Assembly: GCA_049515895.1 (NCBI GenBank)
Contig: JBEKTQ010000020.1
Span: forward strand, 11,387 to 75,386
Reading direction: 5' to 3'
DNA length: 64,000 nucleotides
DNA from: Candidatus Bathyarchaeia archaeon
Lineage (GTDB): Archaea > Thermoproteota > Bathyarchaeia > Bathyarchaeales > Bathycorpusculaceae
The translations under genes were made by a program, and so were the position numbers. Positions 39,589-49,284 of this stretch are shown in pieces; positions within the stretch are counted from its first letter, which is position 1, and each line of letters starts with the position of its first letter. The notes beneath the pieces are model-generated. The model was not told where the DNA came from, did not search any database, and worked only from the letters and a program-made list of their open reading frames with translations.

Positions 39589-40266
39589 ATGAAGTTTAGC
39601 GGATTACAAAAAACAAGCTTAGTTGATTACCCCGATAAAGTCGCCAGCGTACTCTTCACACCTGGCTGCAACCTCCGCTGCCCATTCTGCCATAACTGGC
39701 GCGTAGCCGTTGATCCGCAACCCCCGTTTCTGCAGGAAGCTGCTGCTCTGGAAATCTTGGAAAGCCGCAAACGATACGTGGACGCCGTCGTGGTAACTGG
39801 TGGCGAACCATGCATGCACAAAGAACTACCCAAATTCCTCGCTAAACTCAAGGAACGCGGCTTTGCAGTAAAGTTGGATACGAACGGTTTCTTCCCTGAT
39901 ATCCTTGAGGAATGCTTGGGAAGCGTTGATTACGTGGCTATGGATGTGAAGACGTGCAGGGACAAATACCGGCTTCTTGGTGCACAGAACACGGATGGGT
40001 TAATGCGAACCATGGAGATCCTAAAGACGGGAAAAGTCCCTTATGAGTTTCGGACAACCGTGGTGCCGCAGATAGTCACCGCCCAAGACGCTAATGGCAT
40101 TGGGGAGATGGTAAAGGGCTCGAAAACTCATGCTCTCCAACAATTCATCCCCGAGGACACGCTTGACAAAAAATTTCAGACGCTGAAGCCTTACACGCCC
40201 GAGACAATAGGTGAGTTCGCCGAGGTCCTTCGCAAATACACGGAGAATGTTCAGCTAAGAATCTAA
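39589..40266 (+). CDS. nrdG: Class III RNR activating enzyme
   Basis: GCNLRCPFCHN, TGGEP, LDTNG; start taken at ATG 39589. Confidence 0.93.
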   Translation: MKFSGLQKTSLVDYPDKVASVLFTPGCNLRCPFCHNWRVAVDPQPPFLQEAAALEILESRKRYVDAVVVTGGEPCMHKELPKFLAKLKERGFAVKLDTNGFFPDILEECLGSVDYVAMDVKTCRDKYRLLGAQNTDGLMRTMEILKTGKVPYEFRTTVVPQIVTAQDANGIGEMVKGSKTHALQQFIPEDTLDKKFQTLKPYTPETIGEFAEVLRKYTENVQLRI

Positions 40267-40377
40267 CAGGAAGTCGTTTGCGAGTTTATTTTAGCATGGC
40301 AAAAAATTTGTAAACTTTTTTGTTGTTTGTTTTTGGGTTGGTTTTTTGGTTTGGGGTTTGGATTAGCTGCAGGTTGC

Positions 40378-40472
40378 GTCAACTAAAGTCAACTATCGTC
40401 TGCTAAAGTCAACTAAAGTCAACAAAAGTCAATAGAAGTCTGAAAAAGTCAATAAACGTCTTAAAAAGTCAA
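40378..40472 (+). repeat. 10-bp-period tandem repeat (about AACTAAAGTC)
   Basis: GTC recurs ten times at exact 10-bp spacing from 40378 to 40468. Confidence 0.9.
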
Positions 40473-40510
40473 AAATAGTGAGAGAATTAACAATATAAGA
40501 CGGTGGGGAT

Positions 40511-40560
40511 TCTTCAAAATTCTCCCAAAATCTCCTTAAATCTCCCCAAATCTCCCCAGA
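40511..40560 (+). repeat. Second 10-bp-period repeat (about TCTCCCCAAA, five units)
   Basis: TCTYC at 40511, 40521, 40531, 40541 and 40551. Confidence 0.8.
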
Positions 40561-40698
40561 AGTCAACAAGTCTGCGCCGATTCGAGTGAAAAAAAAGATC
40601 CAGAGTTAAGTAAAGGTTAGAATTGGCCCAGATATAGGGTAACTAAGTTTGGAATATTCCAAGATTTGAAATATCAAAGATATTCCTGAAAACCATTT

Positions 40699-41121
40699 GT
40701 GACCATGAGAAAGGAGAGGAAAACTTTGAGGCTGATTACAAGAAATCCTTCAGAACTTGTTAAAAGATCTGTAATCAGTCCGAAGTGGATTTATTTTTCC
40801 TATGGGTTCTTGATTTTCTGGCAGCTTTTGGATGGTTTAACGACTAAGATTGGCTTGGATTTGGGGCTTGCCGAAGTTGGGACCTACGCGAAAGGAGTTT
40901 TAGCTGACTACGGCTTTTGGGGTTTGATGGCTTGGAAATACAGTATAGTGGCTTCTGTGGGGGCGATGTTTTTTTTGATCTACTATGTGGTTCATAGGTA
41001 TGCTCCTACACGTTTAAACTCTGTGTGTAAGATTCTAACCGTTGGTGGCTTACTCGGGGGAATGGTTTCAGCCCAAGTTGTTCTCTCCAACATCTCACAG
41101 CTTCAACTTCTTCTGCATTAA
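40699..41121 (+). CDS. Membrane protein (DUF5658-like)
   Basis: LLDGLTTKIGL..G..E motif and three hydrophobic helices. Confidence 0.65.
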   Translation: MTMRKERKTLRLITRNPSELVKRSVISPKWIYFSYGFLIFWQLLDGLTTKIGLDLGLAEVGTYAKGVLADYGFWGLMAWKYSIVASVGAMFFLIYYVVHRYAPTRLNSVCKILTVGGLLGGMVSAQVVLSNISQLQLLLH

Positions 41122-41555
41122 CCTTAAAAGCCGCTCTAACATCAGCATTTGCTCATAACCGACAACAGTGTGTATCCCAATTGGACATACAAATGCTATT
41201 CAAGACCAAACTATTATCCTTCTAATGGCGGTATATTAGTCCAGCCGCTCAGAACCCACTTAACCCGGTATTTGTCCCACGGTTTGCATTTCCCCCTCTT
41301 TTCTCCTAATCGCGGGTTAAGGGGGCTCTGGATGACTCTCTTTTCAATTATAAATTAAATAGTGGCGAAGTTTAAATGCCATTTCCCAGAACGGGCTAAG
41401 ATTCTGCGGGGGCAAGAAAGTTCAAATGAAAAAAGTGTCAGAATTGATGCCGAATAGAAACTTGATGGAAGAATTTTCGATCGCATGTTATTAATGTTAA
41501 ATCACGAAGGTTGGGAAATTCGATCAGTTTGAAGTCGATTACTTTCCAACAATTA

Positions 41556-42068
41556 CTAGCCCGATACCTGTTTGTCTGCAGGTAATGCGGGTGAAACAGC
41601 TGCAGTCGCCACGGGGGCTGTTTCTTCTGGAGGCATTTGCTTTTGGGGTTTATCTGATAATATTTGTATTTTTTCCGCCATCGGATGGAGAAGATCTGGA
41701 GGCGGATACGGAGTGTTGAGGTTGGATGACAGAATGTAGATTGAATTGAAAACATGCTGGTAGATCGTAAAGAGTATTTGTGGAATTTTTGTTTTAGGGT
41801 TCACTTCAAGTTTTTTCTTTATGTCGTCAGGTTTTCCAGCCAAAGTTACCGAACCTGCAATATTGTATTTAACAACATTTGGTTTAGTGGAGATCGCCAG
41901 ACTAAATGCAAGTGTTACTTCGTTTGTTCCTTTTTTCTGTTCTTCCAGCTTTGCGTTGACGTCAAAGAACAGCTCATCTTTTGTGAGGTACTCACCGGTT
42001 CGTTCAGCCTGTAAACTATTGAGTTTTATTGAAACAGTGACCCCGGAAACAGAATATTGTGGATTTAC
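41556..42068 (-). CDS. Hypothetical protein, longer than the track ORF
   Basis: Frame is open from about 42084 through the 41556-41843 ORF with no ATG/GTG/TTG upstream of 41843; GAGGA precedes a GTA at 42068. Confidence 0.6.
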   Translation of the reverse strand, partial: VNPQYSVSGVTVSIKLNSLQAERTGEYLTKDELFFDVNAKLEEQKKGTNEVTLAFSLAISTKPNVVKYNIAGSVTLAGKPDDIKKKLEVNPKTKIPQILFTIYQHVFNSIYILSSNLNTPYPPPDLLHPMAEKIQILSDKPQKQMPPEETAPVATAAVSPALPADKQVSG

Positions 42069-42157
42069 GTCTGATTCCTCTCTTCACATCATTCTTGTCA
42101 TTTTAGTATTTAACTTTTGTATTTCGATTTGAGTTCAACTAGCAAATGTCGGATTGA

Positions 42158-42730
42158 CTATTCTGTTGGGGTGTAAAATGCTGGCACTGAAAGTTCTCCC
42201 ATGAAATTGAAAGTTTCATTCCCTTTGGTATTTGTTTTTGGTTTTAACACTATTTTTTTCGGAATGTCATCTTCAAAGTAAACAACGTAGTTGACGGTTG
42301 CTCCTAGTCCGAGGCGAGCAAGCTGTTGTACTGATAATTTGAATTTCTCGTTTTCTTGAATTTTTATGCTGATTTTTTCGATTGCTTCAAACAAAATTTC
42401 GGTTTGTCCTTGCTCAGTAAATGAAATCTCAATGTCACCTGATTGAACCCAGCATGAGGCTTCTTCTTTGCCTTTTTTAGATCCATTTTTTCCTTTATCC
42501 GCTTTCTCGGGAGGTTTCTTTGATTGGCTACGCATATTTTTTTGTAAAGCTGCAGATTTTTGGTACCATTCGTCATTCTTGTGAGTGACTTCGAAGTCTC
42601 GCAATAATGTGCCAAGCCATTGGCTATAATCTTCGTATGTTGCTTTGTATTGGCTCGTTTGATTTGTTATGAATTCTGTCAATTCTTTAAGTGAGGTGAA
42701 AGTTTGAATTTCTGTTCCCAATTTTTTCAA
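42158..42730 (-). CDS. Hypothetical protein
   Basis: 190 aa ORF with protein-like composition. Confidence 0.7.
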   Translation of the reverse strand: MKKLGTEIQTFTSLKELTEFITNQTSQYKATYEDYSQWLGTLLRDFEVTHKNDEWYQKSAALQKNMRSQSKKPPEKADKGKNGSKKGKEEASCWVQSGDIEISFTEQGQTEILFEAIEKISIKIQENEKFKLSVQQLARLGLGATVNYVVYFEDDIPKKIVLKPKTNTKGNETFNFMGELSVPAFYTPTE

Positions 42731-43322
42731 CTCAGTACATATTATTTTTATTGAACTGTTCTATTCAGATAATAAGATCTGAGTTTTTCAGATAATAGGA
42801 TTTGTCTATTGCAGAAATTACATACTTTTTTCTAAGCTGAAATCTGGCAAATCTCGTTCTTGTATCGGGTGATGGAAGAGGCTCGTCTGGCTTATAACAG
42901 ATTGTTGGGAATAGCAATTGAGTTAACCCCCTCATCCCTATGCTTTAGATCGATCAAGCTCATCGCTTAAGCGATCCAATATTTTACAAATAACTCAATT
43001 TAGTTGCTTTCATTTTCTGCACACGCTTTTTTCCTCGCGAACCTCTTCCAAGGTTGGACTTATTTTTCGCAAAGGTCTTGATTTTGATTATTGCTTGTTA
43101 CGGATAAAAGTATTGTGTAGTAATAAATAATATTCTCTAATAATATGAAAAATGTTGTTTGAATTGACTTTAGCGTTCTAAAAGTCTTCATTGCACGTTA
43201 GAATAACTTGAAAAACCTTTTTGAAGAATGTCTTTATCCAAAATCTTTTATTTCTTTGAACAGCATAGAAAGACACAAAATGAATGGATTTAGCAAACAT
43301 TAGTGGTGAGTTGGTTTAAGGT

Positions 43323-43976
43323 TTGGGCGAAGACATAGATATTTTAATTCAGAGAGAAGAGACCAAGCTTTTACCTTTTTGCTCACGCATGGAAGAATTC
43401 AAAACAGAATTTATTAAAGAAACAATAGATTTTGCATCTGAATGGTTCGGAAAAACCACGAAAGAATACATTACCAAGTACCCTGAAGTCACTTTAAACA
43501 TGAGTGAAGAAAAAATAGCTAGAATGAAACTTAAAATCACTGAATTAATTGGAAACTCGGAAAAAATAGTGAAGGGCGAGTTAGAAAATCCTGATTTATG
43601 GTGGCACCAAAAGCCACATCTGCATGACTCAATCGAGCAATACACTCAAGTTGCAGACAAATACCCAGAAATCCTTGATCGGTCAGTAAGACATGCATTG
43701 GGACAATTGGGTGTAGTGCTTGAAGAATTTAGGTTCCGCGTCACAGCTAGCGGAAACACAGGTTCATATGAAGAATTCTGGTTCGAACATCCGGTTGATA
43801 GTGACAAAACGATTCCAATGTACCCCCATCTTCTTAAATGGACAGAAGAGATGCAAGATACAATAAGAAAATACAATTCCCAATTCGTTCAAGCAATGAA
43901 GTTATATGATGAAATCCAAAACCTCAAAGAACAGAAGAAGAAGCAACAAGCCATGGCACGCTGGGAATCCATTTAG
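43323..43976 (+). CDS. Hypothetical helical protein
   Basis: 217 aa ORF with GGTGAG upstream. Confidence 0.75.
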   Translation: MGEDIDILIQREETKLLPFCSRMEEFKTEFIKETIDFASEWFGKTTKEYITKYPEVTLNMSEEKIARMKLKITELIGNSEKIVKGELENPDLWWHQKPHLHDSIEQYTQVADKYPEILDRSVRHALGQLGVVLEEFRFRVTASGNTGSYEEFWFEHPVDSDKTIPMYPHLLKWTEEMQDTIRKYNSQFVQAMKLYDEIQNLKEQKKKQQAMARWESI

Positions 43977-44174
43977 AAACAACTACCTTTCAAACTGGCA
44001 TGTTCCAGTTTAAGTTCGTAAACTAAAGGTCACTTCGAAGAAATATCACCAATCTTTCCGTTCTAGAATTCTTTGGAGCGCGAACGTTCAGGTAGCGCTG
44101 ACTGGAAAGAACCCACAAAAAATCACCGACGACAATATCCTCTTTAGGATAAGTGAAGATAGGTTAGTTTATTG

Positions 44175-45848
44175 TTAACTTTCTCTGAACTTAAGAAAAT
44201 AAACTACCCCGCTAACCGCTAAAGCAGCAATTAGCGCGGCGACAATGAACAGAGAATATTTAACGTAAATTGGAGGTTCAGCGACGTTTATGCTTAATTC
44301 CTGGCTGTCTGTTCTGAAAGACGTTCGAGTTTCAGGTACGGTTGCAAAAACAGCCCAAAGCCCCGAAGAGTTGGGTCGGAAACTCGCCACAAAAGTGCCA
44401 TTGCTACTCACTATGCAATCCACTGTTTTGGTTAAGTTAGACCTGCTAAACTGCACCTCAACCATGGAACTATTATAGTCTGGAACAGCTACAGAGTCAT
44501 TATTGTCCAGAGTTAGGATCCCATTGATTGTGATGTTTTCGCCAAGGCGTATTTTATTTTCTACTGGAGTAATGTTAAGTGTAGACTGTTCCTTTACGGT
44601 GTAGTTGCCTTTTGCATACACACCGTTTTCCAGAACATCTGTTGCATTAATTTTGTATTGAACTAATGTTCCTGCATTTTGGCCTGGAATTGTTGCCATG
44701 CATGTTTGGTTGCTGATATCCATATCCAAAGTATTAGTACTGTTCCAATTGTCGGTAGTGTATGATAATTTTGCTGTTTCCAACTGTGTATTGTTCGAGG
44801 TAAACTTGAGTTGGGCTGAATCGCCAGGACATACCCTGCTTGGAATTGTTAAGGGTATCAAGGAAGAATTTTCGAAATTAGTCTTCAACATAAACTGAAT
44901 ATTTCCTGAACCTACCTCTCCGATAAGTGCCAAATGATAAAGATTTGGTCCATGATTAGGCGAAGTGTAATTTAGAGACATTGATTCGCCCATGTATTCG
45001 CAGCTTGCATAGGCTGCGCCTCTGTAGCTATTAGGTTCAAAATTGTAACCACCAACTGAACCTGTCAGATTACCATAAAGGCCGGGTTCCCACGCTAATG
45101 GAAACTTGTCTAAGCTTGGCGATGCAGCATTATTCATTAAGTAAAGCCTAGCTTCATACATGTCTAAAGTATCTGGAACTTTTACGTATAATTGAACGTA
45201 TGAGGCGTTGGTTTCGAATTCATACGCCCAGTTTGTGTAAAAATTTGCCTCACCGCCGTTTGTACCTTCAACAAAACTACTATACCATTGGTCGCATGGG
45301 AGATTTTCAATGATCATGAAAGTGGCTTCTTGAGTACCTTTGCTGTCTACTGGATTATTATTTATGACAAATGTATAGTTGCCTGATTGTGTCGGTGTAA
45401 AAAGCGCGGTATTAACAGTTGTGCCTAGGTGTTCTGGAAGACCCGCTGATTGAGTATGTGTGCTCTCCAAGTTTCCGTCTGGGGTATAGACATAGACGTC
45501 GTAGTCCGTTATTGCCGCGGTTGAGGTGTTTATGTACGCTCCATAAAAGTAAATGTGGTAGTTATGGCCTTCCTGCAATGGGCAAATGATGGTCCAGCTT
45601 TCGCCGATCGGTATTTGCTCGCTCTTAATTAACACCGGGAACACTGGTTTTTCAACGTAGGTGCAGTTTCCTTCAGCGCTAACGAAGTTATGTACGTAGT
45701 TCGTATATTCTGAAGTTGCAGTTAATTGAACGGTTGACGTCTTAGTCTGCGTTGTGGAAGCTTGAGCCGTCAATAATGGACTGAAAACTAAGACAACGAT
45801 TACGATTAGTGAAAGGATTTTGGTTTCGTGATTGATTTTCAGATGCAT
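44175..45848 (-). CDS. Secreted, C-terminally anchored cell-surface protein
   Basis: Signal peptide, Asn/Thr-rich beta-type body, C-terminal transmembrane helix. Confidence 0.8.
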   Translation of the reverse strand: MHLKINHETKILSLIVIVVLVFSPLLTAQASTTQTKTSTVQLTATSEYTNYVHNFVSAEGNCTYVEKPVFPVLIKSEQIPIGESWTIICPLQEGHNYHIYFYGAYINTSTAAITDYDVYVYTPDGNLESTHTQSAGLPEHLGTTVNTALFTPTQSGNYTFVINNNPVDSKGTQEATFMIIENLPCDQWYSSFVEGTNGGEANFYTNWAYEFETNASYVQLYVKVPDTLDMYEARLYLMNNAASPSLDKFPLAWEPGLYGNLTGSVGGYNFEPNSYRGAAYASCEYMGESMSLNYTSPNHGPNLYHLALIGEVGSGNIQFMLKTNFENSSLIPLTIPSRVCPGDSAQLKFTSNNTQLETAKLSYTTDNWNSTNTLDMDISNQTCMATIPGQNAGTLVQYKINATDVLENGVYAKGNYTVKEQSTLNITPVENKIRLGENITINGILTLDNNDSVAVPDYNSSMVEVQFSRSNLTKTVDCIVSSNGTFVASFRPNSSGLWAVFATVPETRTSFRTDSQELSINVAEPPIYVKYSLFIVAALIAALAVSGVVYFLKFRES

Positions 45849-46160
45849 GGCTGAATCAGATTACAAGTGTTGTTTATTGCGGAAGCTTGACATATTGGTT
45901 ATGACGGCTGAATCCGTATTTTCGATAAGAATTGTTAATCTGAAACTATTTTGTTCCAGAACCAATTGGCGGCTGATTTTCTAAAATGGTAAGTTTTCCT
46001 GAAAGAATTGCTCGTTTTTCATTCCCGTATTGTGGGAGTATTGTTTTGTGTTGTTGAGTTCGTTTCCTTGTTTTTAATCATGATGATGTATATTGAGTCT
46101 TGCTACGGAAGATATTTATAAGGAATTGTCTGTTCTTTTTGCTAAAGGTGAAATAAAGCA

Positions 46161-46748
46161 ATGATCAGACTCTTAAAAAACCGTTACGCACTCGCCACAG
46201 TAATAACAACACTCATAATCCTAGTAGTAGCAGTATTGCTCGCAGGTGTCGTATGTTACTTTGCTATTAACGTTGTTAGCACCAGGGTTCAACAGGAAAG
46301 TCTTAAGGTTTCGAACGTACATGCCTGGGTTGACGGAGCTGGTACCGCAGAAGCTGCATTAATGATAACGAATATTGGCGGTCGCGATGTCGTCGTTAGC
46401 CAGATTCAAGTTCGTGGACAATCATCCGCATTTAGTACTGGTGGTAACGTATACTACGCCGTAAAAGGAACAGGCGATACAATACCCAGCACCTTAAGCC
46501 CCATTGCCTTTACTACTCCCGCCAACATTGTCGGCGCTATTCCTTTTCCTGCCCCAAGCACCACTGCCTTAGCCTTATCTGGAGTTGACTTAGTGTTGTC
46601 TTCTGGTGGTACTATGATCGTATACATCACTAGTCCTGACAGTGTTACAATCAACGATGTCGGCTTAACCATTGGGTTAACAGTCTTCTCGGCTCAAGCG
46701 ATGTACTATCAAGAGACGAACATTCAAGCAACAACCGTAACCCTTTAG
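46161..46748 (+). CDS. Archaeal type IV pilin/archaellin-like major subunit
   Basis: Class III signal-like KNRYA|LATVITTLIILVVAVLLAG; lies upstream of pilus ATPase and platform genes. Confidence 0.85.
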   Translation: MIRLLKNRYALATVITTLIILVVAVLLAGVVCYFAINVVSTRVQQESLKVSNVHAWVDGAGTAEAALMITNIGGRDVVVSQIQVRGQSSAFSTGGNVYYAVKGTGDTIPSTLSPIAFTTPANIVGAIPFPAPSTTALALSGVDLVLSSGGTMIVYITSPDSVTINDVGLTIGLTVFSAQAMYYQETNIQATTVTL

Positions 46749-46929
46749 GTACTTAAGATTAAGTGACCTAAAAGTATCCCTCTACTCTCTTCTTTCTATT
46801 TTATAAAAAATATTTTAAGATGCATCATTCTTTTGCTTTCTTTTCTCTCCAATTTTTTAGATGCGTATTTTTTTTTACGCACAAGCTTACTTATGCGGTA
46901 TTCACGTAATGTTTTTTCAGGAATTTAAA

Positions 46930-47336
46930 ATGAGAAAAATGAGAAATATATTGAAGAATCGTTTGGCTCTTAGTACGGTCATTACTACGCTGATTATTCT
47001 TGTGGTTTCAGTGCTTCTCGCGGGTGTCGTAACTTACTTTGCTATTAACGTGGGCAATCAGCAACCTTTGGTACCGGTGGTAACGTGTACTATGCCACGG
47101 CAGGAACAGGCGCTACAATACCCAGCACCTTAGCACCCATTGCGACAACGGGCACAGGCGCTCCCGGCTTTGCAGGTACTTATCCTTTTGGTGGCACCAC
47201 CAATAATTTAGCCCTATCTGGAACTGACTTAGTGTTGTCTTCTGGTGGTACTATGGTCATATACATCACTAGTCCTGACAGTGTAACCATTAACGACATA
47301 GGCTTAACCATTGGGTTAACAGTCTTCTCGGCTCAA
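46930..47336 (+). pseudogene. Pilin copy 2, internally deleted, frameshifted and 3'-truncated
   Basis: About 142 bp missing after GCTATTAACGT relative to copy 1; homology stops at TTCTCGGCTCAA. Confidence 0.75.
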
Positions 47337-47508
47337 AAATCATTTCGAATTTGCGCAGCTTGCCGAGGCCATTTTGGCAATACCTCTTATTTTTCTTTGT
47401 TTTTATCAACGTTTCCCGGGTCCCTTTTTTGTTATGTGTCGCATCCCTCTACGCACAAGTTTACTTATCGAGTTTTTGTGTAATGTTTTTTCAGGAGTTT
47501 AAAAGTAA

Positions 47509-47891
47509 ATGAGAAAAATGAGAAATATATTGAAGAATCGTTTGGCTCTTAGTACGGTCATTACTACGCTGATTATTCTTGTGGTTTCAGTGCTTCTCGC
47601 GGGTGTCGTAACTTACTTTGCTATTAACCTACTGGTAACGTATACTATGCCTTGAAAGGAACAGGCGATACAATACCCAGCGCTTTAAGCCCCATTGCTC
47701 CCACTGGTACCCCCGCCACCATTGCAGGCACTGATCCTTTTACTGGAGGGGGTCCCGCTGCCTTAGCCTTATCTGGAACTGACTTAGTGTTGTCTTCTGG
47801 TGGTACTATGGTCATATACATCACTAGTCCTGACAGTGTAACCATTAACGACATAGGCTTAACCATTGGGTTAACAGTCTTCTCGGCTCAA
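47509..47891 (+). pseudogene. Pilin copy 3, internally deleted, frameshifted and 3'-truncated
   Basis: About 166 bp missing after GCTATTAAC; homology again stops at TTCTCGGCTCAA. Confidence 0.75.
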
Positions 47892-48000
47892 GTTTCCAAA
47901 GTTATTTTTTAGATAATATGTGAATTGTTTATACACACAAATGGCTTAATCCATTCTTCCAGCTTTTCTAGAGTAAATGCACATTTACGAGAGGTTGTAA

Positions 48001-48840
48001 TTGACGGTAACCTTGCACAGTCGACTCTTCAGGAGGTTTGTTCGATCTAGAGGTGCCCTAGCATTGCCGGTTACATTCCTTATACTGCTCGTGTCAACGT
48101 TAGCCATCATAACAGTTACCTATGCCTTAGCCGTTGAAAACATCAAAACACAAAGCGAAAGTCTCAAAGTTTCCACCGCACAACAAGACTTTCTATCTCT
48201 AGATAACGTTATTCTTTCAACTTTGGGTCAGCCTGGCTCCTCCGGTACCATTGACCTGAGTGATTCAGGCGGATCAACAAACATCCAGCCCACAGGCAAT
48301 TATCTTACCATCAACGTTATGGATAATTCAGGTATCGACGCAACAATCTTTAACTCGTCAGTAGGCCAAGTCAACTATGAACTTCCAAGTTCAGGCTCAA
48401 TTGACACAGGACTTTACCTAGCTGGAGACAGCCAAACAATAACCAACCAAAGCGGTTCCTCACCGAGTCAGCTTTACATAACAGCTGGGCTTAACGGGCC
48501 TGAGATCCAGCTGCAATATAGGCCAACAGTGACGTATGCGACGGCTGGATTACAAAATGGTCAAGTCGTCAACGATATTCGCATCTACATTGTAAACTTG
48601 AATTCTTCAGACTCAATAACATTGCAAGGCCAGCTTCCTCTACAAATTTCCTGCACAAGTACAAAATTGACAACTGTAACTTACCAAATTCCCCGCCAAA
48701 CTCAAAACTTAGAGATAACTTCGCAATTGAACGGAGCCAATGGCAGCGTTTCCATTCCGATTTCAAGCACATCTGCCGGCTCAATAATCAACATAGAAAC
48801 AGTAATTTCTAATGTGTCAATCGAGAGGGGAATATCGTAA
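48001..48840 (+). CDS. Pilin-like accessory protein
   Basis: RSRGA|LALPVTFLILL class III-like signal. Confidence 0.7.
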   Translation: MTVTLHSRLFRRFVRSRGALALPVTFLILLVSTLAIITVTYALAVENIKTQSESLKVSTAQQDFLSLDNVILSTLGQPGSSGTIDLSDSGGSTNIQPTGNYLTINVMDNSGIDATIFNSSVGQVNYELPSSGSIDTGLYLAGDSQTITNQSGSSPSQLYITAGLNGPEIQLQYRPTVTYATAGLQNGQVVNDIRIYIVNLNSSDSITLQGQLPLQISCTSTKLTTVTYQIPRQTQNLEITSQLNGANGSVSIPISSTSAGSIINIETVISNVSIERGIS

Positions 48841-48843
48841 ACA

Positions 48844-49284
48844 ATGGTGACGATAATTCCAAGTTACGTGTATTCGATTTTTGCAGCACTTATAGTCGGT
48901 ACAATCATAGTTTCGAGTTGCAGCCTTTCAATGGTAAATATAAGAACGGAAGCTGAAAATCAACAGTTAGCTAATGTTGACCAATATGTAGCAGCCCAAA
49001 GCCTAAATCTTATAGCGCAAGTAACCGAAGACGGCCAAAACATTACTCAATTTCTAGATCTTCCTTCACAGATCGGGAACCAAGAATACTCTTTATGCCT
49101 CGCAAACGACTCGTATAGTGCGTGGGTTGGATCCGGCTTCGGAACAACTGTCCAAGATCAACCACAAATATGGATACCTGCCCAAATTGATGCCTCTGGC
49201 ACTTTTACAAGTGGTTGGGGAAGACCTTTTTTGCAATGTAACTGCGAGAATCAAACTGTTACTTTAAAATTATCGAGTGAGTGA
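48844..49284 (+). CDS. Pilus-associated protein
   Basis: N-terminal hydrophobic helix; inside the pilus operon. Confidence 0.65.
   Translation: MVTIIPSYVYSIFAALIVGTIIVSSCSLSMVNIRTEAENQQLANVDQYVAAQSLNLIAQVTEDGQNITQFLDLPSQIGNQEYSLCLANDSYSAWVGSGFGTTVQDQPQIWIPAQIDASGTFTSGWGRPFLQCNCENQTVTLKLSSE

Noticed and set aside
40378-40560. CRISPR array
   Set aside because: 10-bp units with no unique spacers; no cas genes.
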